Assembly: GCA_018303365.1 (NCBI GenBank)
Contig: JAGVYI010000021.1
Location: 1-54,838 of the forward strand
DNA: 54,838 nucleotides
Source: Candidatus Woesearchaeota archaeon
Lineage (GTDB): Archaea > Nanobdellota > Nanobdellia > SCGC-AAA011-G17 > JACPNG01
Direction: 5' to 3'
Positions 43,962-52,784 of this stretch are shown in pieces. Below the pieces are notes generated by a model, which ran no database searches, was not told the origin of the DNA, and saw only the letters and a program-made list of their open reading frames with translations. How positions within the stretch are numbered: the first letter of the stretch is position 1; every line of letters starts with the position of its first letter. The position numbers and the translations under genes were made by a program.

Positions 43962-45426
43962 ACCTTAAGATTGCCGCAACCCCTCCCAAGCTCTTTAACT
44001 GACTTCCTTCTCTTGACTCTATTGAGATGATGTGGGTTTGGGTGCTGAACTCTTCTGCTTTTTCTTCAAACTCTTCTATCAGCTGCTCATCTAAGCCTTC
44101 AGAAAGGAGCAGTTTTTCTACTACCCCCATTTCAAGCGCTTTCTTTACAGCTTCTTTTCCATAACTTGTTTTCTCTGGCTCTTTTGCAAGCAACTCAAAA
44201 AACTCGGTCATTACCTGTTTTTCCTGTATAATCTCTTCTTTTAGCAGAATATCATAAGACTTTTCTACCAGCTCATGTAAACCTGTTTCGTCTGTATAAG
44301 GAACGTCTTTTATTCCTAAAACTTTCCTTTTTAGTTCATTATTGAGATAATCCATGAACTCTTCTTTTGTTGGACCGGGTCCTCCGATGATAATCCCCTT
44401 GATTTCTTTGTTTTCGAGAAACTCTTTATTTGCCGCTTCTGCTATTCTTTTGTAGAACTCCTTTGCTGCTCCTTCCCTTATTCTGTGAAACCGCTGTGCA
44501 GAATTATGCACAACAAATCCGTTTGCTATGAAGTTTCCTTTTTCTACTTCTATGTCAATGAGTTCTATTTTTTTATCTGTCTTTTTTATACTTTCTATTT
44601 TTTCTCCTGTCCCTTTTTCTGTGAGAAGCTTATCTTCTGTTGTTAATTCTTCTGCTATCTTTGTACTTCCGTCTTCAATAAAGAAAATATGGTCTTTTGA
44701 GCTTTCAATCTCTTTTGTTTGCGTCCTTATTAGTATTGTTCGGTCCACACTTTTTTTCCATATCTTATTTACCTTGCTTTCTTCTGCCTTTTTTCCTTTC
44801 ACATTCCAAGACTTCACTATGTCTTCTTCTTCAAGTTCTTCAAGAGGTATTAGCTGACTGTCTGCCAATTCAATGATTGTATCCTGGTTTAAGCACTGCC
44901 CTCCTGCTCTTGTTTTTCCGGGTACACCTGATGTAAGGTGTCTGTCTGCTGTAATCCTTGTTCCTTTTAGAAAACCTAGTGAGGCTTCTCGCCTGTCTAG
45001 CACGATAAGACCGAACATTTCTTTTGTGTCAAGCATCTCTTTTAATATGTCGAGCACAAAGGTCTGGTCGCAACGATACATCCTTGTGTTGAGTGGTCCA
45101 GGTGGTTCAATGGACCATACTCTGATATCTATCTTACTTTCGTTCTCTGACGCATTTCCTGCAAATACTGCTAATCCATTGTCCGGTGTTTTCTTGAATA
45201 GCTTTAGGTGTCTTATTGTTTTTTCAAGAGAATCTATTACGTTTTTTCTTGTACGCGCATCTTTGATGTTTGTTGCTGTTCCTTGTTCTTGTTGCAGATG
45301 ATTAATTATCTTATTCATGTCATACCCTGCTGGGATGTAAACCGATACTAACTCGGTATGTCTTCCCCTAATCACTTCAAGTTCTCTCAAGAACTTTCTT
45401 AATATGTGTCTTTGTTTTCTATTCAT
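43951..45426 (-). CDS. prf1: peptide chain release factor aRF1, interrupted by a mini-intein
   Basis: NIKS-region TATNIKDARTRKNV. GVPGKTRAGGQ / intein / SAQRFHRIREGAAKEFYKRI. The ~360-aa extein aligns with aRF1. Confidence 0.9.
   Translation of the reverse strand: MNRKQRHILRKFLRELEVIRGRHTELVSVYIPAGYDMNKIINHLQQEQGTATNIKDARTRKNVIDSLEKTIRHLKLFKKTPDNGLAVFAGNASENESKIDIRVWSIEPPGPLNTRMYRCDQTFVLDILKEMLDTKEMFGLIVLDRREASLGFLKGTRITADRHLTSGVPGKTRAGGQCLNQDTIIELADSQLIPLEELEEEDIVKSWNVKGKKAEESKVNKIWKKSVDRTILIRTQTKEIESSKDHIFFIEDGSTKIAEELTTEDKLLTEKGTGEKIESIKKTDKKIELIDIEVEKGNFIANGFVVHNSAQRFHRIREGAAKEFYKRIAEAANKEFLENKEIKGIIIGGPGPTKEEFMDYLNNELKRKVLGIKDVPYTDETGLHELVEKSYDILLKEEIIQEKQVMTEFFELLAKEPEKTSYGKEAVKKALEMGVVEKLLLSEGLDEQLIEEFEEKAEEFSTQTHIISIESREGSQLKSLGGVAAILRFAI
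44503..44895 (-). other. 131-aa mini-intein inserted between GGQ and Ser of aRF1
   Basis: Begins Cys (CLNQDTIIEL). Block B-like SSKDHIFF. Block F/G ELIDIEVEKGNFIANGFVVHN followed by Ser +1. No endonuclease domain. Confidence 0.8.
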
Positions 45427-45427
45427 C

Positions 45428-47812
45428 TTACGTTGCTTTTACGACTTTTTCGTTCCCCTTTCTTATTTCCTGTGCTTGTACCACACTTTTGATATCCTCT
45501 AAACAGTCTTTTAACATATTGTAGTTCTCTTCTTTAAGTGTTACTATAACCTTCTGTTTCATAGATACTCCCTGCTCTGCCTTGAATTTCCTTACCTTTG
45601 ATATTATCTTCCTTGCTACTTCCCCTTTCTTTTCTGCATCTTCATCGATTTTTCCTTCTAGGTACCTTGGCCACTGCGCTTTGTGAATACTTTTGCCTTC
45701 TTTCCATCTACAATGCTGGTAAATCTCTTCGGTTATATGTGGCAGAATTGGAGCAAAAAGCTTTATTTGGGTAAGAATGGCTGTATACAGGGTGTACTGC
45801 GCAGATTTCTTTGCTTCTTTTTTTCTTCCATTATTATACAACCTGTCTTTGACAATTTCAAGATAATAATCGCAAAAGATATTCCAGAAGAAGTTATCTA
45901 CTTCTTGGCGTACCTTTGAGTATTCGTACCTTTCAAAATACCCTGTACATTCCCTAACCAACTTTTGTAATTTACTTAGTATCCATCTGTCTAGGATTTC
46001 AAGCTTTTTTGGCTCTTTACCCTCGAACCCTTCCAGATTGTTCATTATGAGCTTTGTTGCATTCCACAGTTTTGTTATTGTCTTTTTTCCGGCTACAAAT
46101 TCCTTTTCCTGAAATGGCATATCCTCACCGAGTTTGACTGATGCTGCCCAGAATCTAGTTATGTCTGCACCATACTTATCTAAGTACCCCCTTGGTTCTA
46201 TTACATTTCCAAGTGATTTAGACATTTTTCTCCCTTTTGGGTCTAAAACCCATCCGGAGATTATTACATCTTGCCATGGGTTTTTGTTGTGATGGAGTTG
46301 ACTTTTTACCATTGTGTTAAATAACCAGAACGATATGATGTCGTGCGCTTGGGGTCTCAAATTCATAGGAAATAGTCTTTTGTGAATTTTCTTTTCTTTG
46401 AGAAGGCTTTGTGCTATCTGGGGCGTTAGTGCGGATGTTGGCCATGTGTCCATAACATCTTTCTCAGGTTCAAACTCCTTTCTCTTACATTTGGGACAAG
46501 GTCTTTTCGGGTTTCTTTCTGTTGGGTCTACAGGTGTTTCATTTTTTTCTGCAATAATTATCTCCCCACAGTTTTTACAGTACCATACTGGAAATGGTAT
46601 TCCAAAATGCCTTTGCCTTGAAATACACCAATCCCACTGGAGCCCTTTAATCCAGTTATCCAACCGGTTTCTCATATGGGCCGGATACCAGTTGAGTTCC
46701 ATTCCATTTTCTAGTAGCCTGTCTTTTAGATCAAGGTATTTAATGAACCATTGTTTGCTTTCTAGAATTTCAATTTCTGTCTTACACCTTTCATGTACAT
46801 TTACTGTGTGCTTTATTGGCTCTTGTTTTGTCAATAACTTTTGTTTTCTGAGATCTTCTATTATTTCTTTTCTTGCTTCCTTTACTTTCTTTCCTGCATA
46901 TTTCCCTGCTTCTTTTGTCAGCTTTCCTTCTTCAGTAATCGCCTTTTTCAACGGCAGCCTGTATGCTTTATACCATTCAATATCTGTCTGGTCCCCAAAG
47001 GTACAACACATGACTAACCCTGTTCCTTTTTCTTTTTCTACCCTATTATCTTCTAGGATCGGTATTTTGTACCTGAATATTGGCACTGTTGCCATTTTTC
47101 CTTTGTAGATTATGTACCGGTGGTCTGTTGGATGGTAGAAGAGTGCAACACATGCAGGAAGTAATTCTGGTCTTGTGGTTGCAATCTTTAATTTGTCTTT
47201 TCCTACTTCGAACTCTATTTCATTAAACGTTGTTTCTTGCTCTTTATCTTCTAAGTCAACCTGTGCAATTGCTGTCCTACATTCAGGGCACCATATTGTT
47301 GGGGCAATTGCCCTGTATTCCCTGTTCTGATAATAAAGGTCTATAAATGATTGCTGAGAAATCTTTTGTACATTCTCTTCTATTGTGGAGTATGTTAATG
47401 ACCAATCACAACTCATTGCTATGTCTTTCCAACCTTTAATGAACTCTGGCCTTATCTCTTTTAGTGTTTTCAGGCAAAGGTTAACAAACTCCGTTCTTGA
47501 CATTTCTTTTGAGCGCACTTTGTTGATTCTTTCAACAAGTTTTTCTGTTGCAAGACCGTTATCATCTGTTCCGAATGGATAGAAAACATTTTTTTGCTGC
47601 ATACGCTGATAACGGGCAACTATATCCTGCTGTGTGTATGATGCTACATGGCCGATATGCATCTTCCCAGATACTGTTGGAGGCGGCGTGTCAATAGCGT
47701 AGATTTCTTTTTTCAGATCTTCTCTGTCAAAATTATAGGTTCCATTCTTTTCCCATTCTTTTTGCCAGTAAGCCTCTCTCTCCTTTATTTCGTAGGAGGG
47801 CGGTAGTTCCAT
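45428..47812 (-). CDS. valS: valyl-tRNA synthetase
   Basis: PPPTVSGKMHIGH (HIGH), FGTDDNGLATE, CPECRT editing/Zn region, GRKMSKSLGN (KMSKS). Confidence 0.85.
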   Translation of the reverse strand: MELPPSYEIKEREAYWQKEWEKNGTYNFDREDLKKEIYAIDTPPPTVSGKMHIGHVASYTQQDIVARYQRMQQKNVFYPFGTDDNGLATEKLVERINKVRSKEMSRTEFVNLCLKTLKEIRPEFIKGWKDIAMSCDWSLTYSTIEENVQKISQQSFIDLYYQNREYRAIAPTIWCPECRTAIAQVDLEDKEQETTFNEIEFEVGKDKLKIATTRPELLPACVALFYHPTDHRYIIYKGKMATVPIFRYKIPILEDNRVEKEKGTGLVMCCTFGDQTDIEWYKAYRLPLKKAITEEGKLTKEAGKYAGKKVKEARKEIIEDLRKQKLLTKQEPIKHTVNVHERCKTEIEILESKQWFIKYLDLKDRLLENGMELNWYPAHMRNRLDNWIKGLQWDWCISRQRHFGIPFPVWYCKNCGEIIIAEKNETPVDPTERNPKRPCPKCKRKEFEPEKDVMDTWPTSALTPQIAQSLLKEKKIHKRLFPMNLRPQAHDIISFWLFNTMVKSQLHHNKNPWQDVIISGWVLDPKGRKMSKSLGNVIEPRGYLDKYGADITRFWAASVKLGEDMPFQEKEFVAGKKTITKLWNATKLIMNNLEGFEGKEPKKLEILDRWILSKLQKLVRECTGYFERYEYSKVRQEVDNFFWNIFCDYYLEIVKDRLYNNGRKKEAKKSAQYTLYTAILTQIKLFAPILPHITEEIYQHCRWKEGKSIHKAQWPRYLEGKIDEDAEKKGEVARKIISKVRKFKAEQGVSMKQKVIVTLKEENYNMLKDCLEDIKSVVQAQEIRKGNEKVVKAT

Positions 47813-47870
47813 TGTCTTTACCTTCTGTAGTTGTTTTAAATAGATTGTCCTCTTCTTTTTATAAAAAACT

Positions 47871-47878
47871 ATTTAAAA
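47871..47878 (+). promoter_or_regulatory. candidate TATA box (ATTTAAAA) for tRNA-Phe
   Basis: Lies 24-31 nt upstream of tRNA position 1. Confidence 0.35.
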
Positions 47879-47901
47879 CCGTCTTATGGACTTTTTGCTA
47901 A

Positions 47902-47975
47902 GGGACGGTAGCTCAGCCTGGGAGAGCACATGGCTGAAGACCATGGTGTCGAGGGTTCAAATCCCTCTCGTCCCA
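47902..47975 (+). tRNA. tRNA-Phe (anticodon GAA)
   Basis: Hand-folded cloverleaf. Acceptor GGGACGG/TCGTCCC; D arm GCTC-AGCCTGGGA-GAGC; anticodon arm CATGG-CTGAAGA-CCATG; T arm GAGGG-TTCAAAT-CCCTC. Discriminator A, no encoded CCA, followed by a T6 run. Confidence 0.93.
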
Positions 47976-47988
47976 TTTTTTAGAAATC

Positions 47989-47996
47989 TTTATATA
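47989..47996 (+). promoter_or_regulatory. candidate TATA box (TTTATATA) for the pilin-like gene
   Basis: Lies 13 nt after the tRNA end. AAGAGG at 48021..48026, then the ATG at 48034. Confidence 0.4.
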
Positions 47997-48033
47997 GCTG
48001 TTTTCTTGTGTATGTTTGAAAAGAGGTTTATCG

Positions 48034-48612
48034 ATGTATTCCCACCATAGGAAAAAGAGAGGTGCACTTGAACTTTCTATTAGTACAATCATCATTGTCG
48101 TGATTGGCATTACTCTTCTTACTCTTGGAATTGTTTTTGTAAAAAATATCTTTGGTAAACTTACCAACCTTTCTGATGATGTCTTTGATACAGCTAATGT
48201 CGAGTTGGGACAGCTTGGTGCAGGTGATGCTCGGCTCAAGGTTCCTACGACTGTGACTGTTAATCAAGGAAAATCTAAGCGATTCGATATTGTAATTGGT
48301 AATGATGGCACCACAACAGGTAGCTCTTTTACCCTTAGGCTCACTAGAAGCGGAAGTGCAGCAACCATCCCTGAAATCCAAGTCCAGGCCCGCATTATTG
48401 TCGGGACAACAGGAAATTCTCATACACTCACAATTTCTCCTGGTAGGACCGCCAAAGTCCCCCTGCAAGTTATAGCCATTTCTACAGCTCCGTTGACAAA
48501 TGGTGCTAATGATCCAGCGTATGCTGTTGAGGTAACTTCTGCTAACGGTGATCCATACGAGACTTCTGCTTTTGTCATCAATGTTGAGAAAGGCGCTGGA
48601 TTTTTCGGATAG
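48034..48612 (+). CDS. type IV pilin-like protein with class III signal peptide (candidate major pilin)
   Basis: MYSHHRKKRG|ALELSISTIIIVVIGITLLTLGIVFV, then a Thr/Gly/Ser/Val-rich beta-strand domain without Cys. The track start at 48016 is TTG. Confidence 0.7.
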   Translation: MYSHHRKKRGALELSISTIIIVVIGITLLTLGIVFVKNIFGKLTNLSDDVFDTANVELGQLGAGDARLKVPTTVTVNQGKSKRFDIVIGNDGTTTGSSFTLRLTRSGSAATIPEIQVQARIIVGTTGNSHTLTISPGRTAKVPLQVIAISTAPLTNGANDPAYAVEVTSANGDPYETSAFVINVEKGAGFFG

Positions 48613-48651
48613 TTGATAAATTTTATATAGCTTACATACTCTTTATTTTTC

Positions 48652-50055
48652 ATGACAATTCGTTTTTACAATACCCTTACTCGTAAAAAACAAGTTTTTC
48701 GTCCACTATCTGATAAGCGAGTTTTGATGTACAATTGTGGACCCACTGTTTATACTTATCCTCATATTGGGAACTACCGCGCTTATGTATTTGCTGACCT
48801 TCTTCGGCGTTACCTTGAGTACAGGGGATTTGGTGTTAAGCAAATTATGAACATCACCGATGTTGATGACAAGACCATTCGAGATTCTAAAAAGGCTGGA
48901 GAGTCTCTGCATGTTTTTACCCGCCGCTTTGAAAAATCTTTTTTTGAAGATATAACTACCCTCAATATTAAGAAGGCTTCTTCTTACCCACGTGCTACTG
49001 AACATATACCTTCAATGGTCAAACTTATTGAAAAACTCCTCTCCATTGGAGTTGCTTATCGTAGCGAGGATAGGAGTGTTTATTATAACATTTCCCGCTT
49101 TGGCTGTTACGGCTGTCTTTCTCGCCTTGATACTTCCAGATTAAAGGCTGGTGCTCGAGTTTCCCAAGATGAGTACGAAAAACAAGAAGCAAAAGATTTT
49201 GCACTTTGGAAAGCTTGGGATAAAGAAGATGGTAATGTTTTCTGGAAAACCTCGCTTGGAAAGGGAAGGCCTGGATGGCATATTGAATGTTCTGCAATGT
49301 CTATGAAACACCTTGGTACGACTATTGATATACATACAGGGGGTATAGACAATATCTTTCCTCACCATGAGAATGAAATTGCCCAAAGCGAAGGTGTAAC
49401 AGGTAAACCCTTTGTTCGTTATTGGCTTCATTGCGGACATTTACTTGTTGATGGGAAGAAAATGAGCAAATCCTTAGGCAATTTCTACACCTTAAGAGAT
49501 GTTCTTTCAAGAGGTTATGATCCTATTGCTATTCGTTACTCTCTTGTTTCAGTTCATTATCGCCAGCCTCTTAATTTCACCTTTGAAGGCCTCAATGCGG
49601 CAACCCAATCTCTTTCTCGTGTGCAAGACTTTATTTTGAGGCTCAAGGAAGTTAAGAATCACTCAGGAGTTCCTGTTAAAAGACAGCTATCTAAGGTTCA
49701 CACCAGATTTGAATCTGCACTTGATGATGACCTAAATATTTCTGTTGCTCTTGCAGCCATATTTTCTTTTATTAGAGAGATTAACTCTCTTTTAGATGAG
49801 CATAAAATATCTAGAAAGTCTGCTAAAGAGGTTTTATCCATGCTTCAACTATTTGATACTGTCTTAGGTGTTCTTTATTTTGACCAAAAACCCCTTCCTT
49901 TGCGACTTCGCAAATTGATTGAAGAGCGAGAGATTGCTAGGGTCGATAAAAGTTATGAAAGGGCTGATGCTCTTAGAAGAAAGCTTCTTGATCAAGGGGT
50001 TGTTTTAGAAGATACTTCCAACGGGGTGAGATGGAAGTGGAAGAAGGATTCATGA
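48652..50055 (+). CDS. cysS: cysteinyl-tRNA synthetase
   Basis: CGPTVYTYPHIGNYR (HIGH), GWHIECSAM, GKKMSKSLGN (KMSKS). Confidence 0.95.
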   Translation: MTIRFYNTLTRKKQVFRPLSDKRVLMYNCGPTVYTYPHIGNYRAYVFADLLRRYLEYRGFGVKQIMNITDVDDKTIRDSKKAGESLHVFTRRFEKSFFEDITTLNIKKASSYPRATEHIPSMVKLIEKLLSIGVAYRSEDRSVYYNISRFGCYGCLSRLDTSRLKAGARVSQDEYEKQEAKDFALWKAWDKEDGNVFWKTSLGKGRPGWHIECSAMSMKHLGTTIDIHTGGIDNIFPHHENEIAQSEGVTGKPFVRYWLHCGHLLVDGKKMSKSLGNFYTLRDVLSRGYDPIAIRYSLVSVHYRQPLNFTFEGLNAATQSLSRVQDFILRLKEVKNHSGVPVKRQLSKVHTRFESALDDDLNISVALAAIFSFIREINSLLDEHKISRKSAKEVLSMLQLFDTVLGVLYFDQKPLPLRLRKLIEEREIARVDKSYERADALRRKLLDQGVVLEDTSNGVRWKWKKDS

Positions 50056-50123
50056 GTTGCATATTTTTTAATCAATTAACACCAAAAGAAAGGTTTTTAA
50101 ATCCTTAATAAAGTTTATAGTTT

Positions 50124-50564
50124 ATGACCCTTTTTGATGTTTCTGCACAGGAGGTTGTTGAAAAAGCTTCTGTTGAGCTTGAGAAAGTCATTACCGCTCC
50201 ATCTTGGAGTTCCTTTGTTAAAACAGGGGCTGGTAGAGAGCGTCCTCCAGAAAACCTTCAATGGTGGTATTTTCGGGCAGCTTCTGTTCTTCGTAAGATT
50301 TATCTTCATGGGCCTATAGGTGTTTCAAAGCTCAGTATTAAGTATGGAAATAAAAAGAATAGGGGTCATAAACCAGAAAAGTTTTATGCTGGTTCTGGAA
50401 AGGTGCTCCGTACAATTTTACAGCAACTTGAACAGGCAAGCCTTGTTCAACAGGCCCAGAAAGGAGTTCACAAAGGTCGGATTATTACTCCAAAAGGTAA
50501 GAAATTTCTTGACTGCGTCGCTGTAGGTAAACCTGTTCCTTCTTTCCAAAAAAATGAGTCCTGA
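50124..50564 (+). CDS. rps19e: 30S ribosomal protein S19e
   Basis: PSWSSFVKTGAGRERPPENLQWWYFRAASVLRKIYLHGPIGV. Confidence 0.93.
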   Translation: MTLFDVSAQEVVEKASVELEKVITAPSWSSFVKTGAGRERPPENLQWWYFRAASVLRKIYLHGPIGVSKLSIKYGNKKNRGHKPEKFYAGSGKVLRTILQQLEQASLVQQAQKGVHKGRIITPKGKKFLDCVAVGKPVPSFQKNES

Positions 50565-50886
50565 TGATATTAGAAAGAAAAAAATTGCTGAACTCCAAGA
50601 ACGCGCTTTGCGTGAGCAGGCACAAGCTGAGCAGGAAGAAGTTCAGTTGCAGCAGCAAATACACCAACTGGAACAAGCGGTTAGACCTTATTTATCAAAA
50701 GATGCCTTGATTCGCTACCATACCCTTAAAACAGCGCATCCTGAGAAGGCAATAAAGGTTCTTGTTAGCCTTTTTCAACTCATCCAGCAAGGTAGCCTTC
50801 GCGAATCCATTACAGATATGCAATTTCGTGACTTTCTTTATCAATTTGACTCTCCCAAGAGGAAGTCTTCTATTAAGCGGGTGTAA
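50554..50886 (+). CDS. PDCD5/TFAR19-like DNA-binding protein
   Basis: ALIRYHTLKTAHPEKAIKVLVSLFQLIQQGSL matches the PDCD5 pattern. Conserved position after rps19e. Confidence 0.75.
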   Translation: MSPDDIRKKKIAELQERALREQAQAEQEEVQLQQQIHQLEQAVRPYLSKDALIRYHTLKTAHPEKAIKVLVSLFQLIQQGSLRESITDMQFRDFLYQFDSPKRKSSIKRV

Positions 50887-51036
50887 TTAACCAAGGCTCT
50901 GTTCTGTTGGTTATCCCGATAAGCTGGCGGATTAAGAAGAAATAGATCCCTCAATGAGGTATCATTAATCAAGTCTTGATTATACGATATTACCCTTAAT
51001 CGATACTCTTTTATATTGGTCTTTTTTGAAATTGTT

Positions 51037-51207
51037 ATGGGTATTAAATGGTTAGCTAAAAAACTTCGTCTTGCAAAACGCAGTCGTCAAACCCGTTGGG
51101 CTCCCTTCTGGACTGTTCCAAAAATTTACGGAAAAGGGCGACGTGTTCATCCTGGCAGACATACAGCTGTCAAACGCCACTGGCGTCGCATCAGGACTAA
51201 GGCTTAA
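51037..51207 (+). CDS. rpl39e: 50S ribosomal protein L39e
   Basis: KKLRLAKRSRQTRWAPFWTVPK..HPGRH..RHWRR. ATG at 51037; TATA-like TTTTATAT at 51009..51016. Confidence 0.9.
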   Translation: MGIKWLAKKLRLAKRSRQTRWAPFWTVPKIYGKGRRVHPGRHTAVKRHWRRIRTKA

Positions 51208-51251
51208 TTTCTGTCCATAAATTTTATAAATGGTCTTCTTGCTTTCTTTTT

Positions 51252-51794
51252 ATGGCTTCTCTTGAACGCACTTACATAATTCCTTTGCGTAAGGAATGGC
51301 TTAAGGTACCAATTTATAAACGTAGTCGAAAGGCCATTGTTGCTATTCGTGATTTCTCTCTTAAGCATATGAAGGTTCCAACTGTTAAGATTGGCCGTTT
51401 TCTTAATATGAAGGTTACAGAGAAAGGACGAAAGAGTCCTCCTCCCCGCGTTTACGTGAAGATGTTCAAGTATGAGGATAAGAAAAAAGGCCCCTATGCC
51501 TTTGTTGAGCTTGTGGATGCTCCAATTCCTAAGCTTGATACCGAAAAGAAGAAATCCCTTGTAAGCCGCGTTGGAGAAAAAATTGGTGTCCAGGTTCAGA
51601 AAGATAGCAAAGCTGATGTTGGAAAAGGTACCTCTAGAACACTTACTAAAGAAGAGCAGGATAAAGAGAAACACGAAATCCTTACACATGCTTCTCCTCT
51701 TCAAAAGAAAACTATAAGAGAGACAAAACTTCCAGAGAAAGCCCATTCTCACAGAAAGAGCGAGAAAATTATCGGTGATACCTCAAAAAAGTAG
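51252..51794 (+). CDS. rpl31e: 50S ribosomal protein L31e with ~85-aa C-terminal extension
   Basis: LERTYIIPLRKEWLKVPIYKRSRKAIVAIRDF..VKIGRFLNMKV core, then a Lys-rich tail. Confidence 0.9.
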   Translation: MASLERTYIIPLRKEWLKVPIYKRSRKAIVAIRDFSLKHMKVPTVKIGRFLNMKVTEKGRKSPPPRVYVKMFKYEDKKKGPYAFVELVDAPIPKLDTEKKKSLVSRVGEKIGVQVQKDSKADVGKGTSRTLTKEEQDKEKHEILTHASPLQKKTIRETKLPEKAHSHRKSEKIIGDTSKK

Positions 51795-51824
51795 TTTTTT
51801 AAATCTTCTTTTATATCCTACATT

Positions 51825-52784
51825 ATGAATCGTTATCCTGTCGTTGTTCATTTTGAATCTTCTTCTAACTCGGATTATGGCTGTCATCCTTCTAACCGTC
51901 CTATCTCTACACTTCTTTCTTCTGGAGTAATTTGCCTTAACAAGCCTGCAGGACCGACAAGCCACCAGGTGGCAGATTATGTTAAAAGCATTCTTCACCT
52001 TTCTCGCTGCGGTCATGGGGGTACTTTAGATCCAGGTGTTTCTGGTGTTCTTCCGCTAGCTATTGGCAGCTCAACGAGGATCTTACAGACCCTTCTTCTT
52101 TCTCAAAAGGAATATGTAGGTGTTATGCGACTTCATAAACCAGTACCCCTTCCCCTTCTTCATTCTACTTTTTCCAGTTTTACTGGAAGAATATCTCAAC
52201 TTCCTCCTGTTCGCTCCGCAGTCAAGAGACAACTTCGCCAGCGTACAATATACTCTTTCGGTATCCTTGAAATGTCAGAGAAATATGTCCTTTTTTCTGT
52301 TAGCTGTCAAGCAGGAACTTATGTTCGTAAACTCATTCATGACGTTGGCAAGAGGCTTGGTGTTGGTGCTCATATGCAGGAGCTTGTCAGGACGCGGGCT
52401 GGACCTTTTTTAGATAGGCAATGGGTAAACTTGCACGACCTTGCTGATGCTTATGCTTTTCATAAAGAAGGAGACTCTTCGTTTTTATCTAGGATTATCC
52501 TTCCTTTGGAGTTTGCTGTTTCTCACCTCCGGAGTGTTTGGGTACTTGATAGTGCTGTTGATACACTATGCCATGGTGCCTCTCTTGCTGTGCCGGGTAT
52601 ATCCAAGCTTCATGCAGGTATTCAACATGGAGAAGTTGTTGCCATATTTACACTTAAAGACGAGTTGGTCTGCCTTGGGGAGGCTCTTCTTTCTTCAGAG
52701 GAGATGCTTTCTTCTTCAAGGCGTCTTGCTGTTCGTACAACAAAAGTCTTTCTTGCTAGAGGGACTTATCCAAAGATTACATGA
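51825..52784 (+). CDS. cbf5: H/ACA RNP pseudouridine synthase Cbf5 (TruB family) with PUA domain
   Basis: GVICLNKPAGPTSHQVADYVK..GHGGTLDPGVSGVLPL (catalytic Asp). C-terminal PUA (GEVVAIFTLKDELVCLGEAL). Confidence 0.93.
   Translation: MNRYPVVVHFESSSNSDYGCHPSNRPISTLLSSGVICLNKPAGPTSHQVADYVKSILHLSRCGHGGTLDPGVSGVLPLAIGSSTRILQTLLLSQKEYVGVMRLHKPVPLPLLHSTFSSFTGRISQLPPVRSAVKRQLRQRTIYSFGILEMSEKYVLFSVSCQAGTYVRKLIHDVGKRLGVGAHMQELVRTRAGPFLDRQWVNLHDLADAYAFHKEGDSSFLSRIILPLEFAVSHLRSVWVLDSAVDTLCHGASLAVPGISKLHAGIQHGEVVAIFTLKDELVCLGEALLSSEEMLSSSRRLAVRTTKVFLARGTYPKIT

Noticed and set aside
43951-45426. Genetic-code change suggested by the NIKD variant and the intein-disrupted release factor.
   Set aside because: TAA, TGA and TAG all terminate ORFs at sensible ends in this window, and no in-frame stops interrupt conserved genes.
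46398-47108. 236-aa + strand ORF; also 8210..8752 (180 aa) and 8280..8606.
   Set aside because: They are antisense to valS and to the primase respectively, both identified by catalytic motifs.
47913-48239. 108-aa minus-strand ORF.
   Set aside because: It overlaps tRNA-Phe and the pilin-like gene in antisense.
50967-50981. 15-bp palindrome AATCAAGTCTTGATT upstream of rpl39e, and a 7-bp hairpin (50888..50913) after the PDCD5-like gene.
   Set aside because: Single occurrences of short AT-rich symmetric sequences are expected by chance in this composition.
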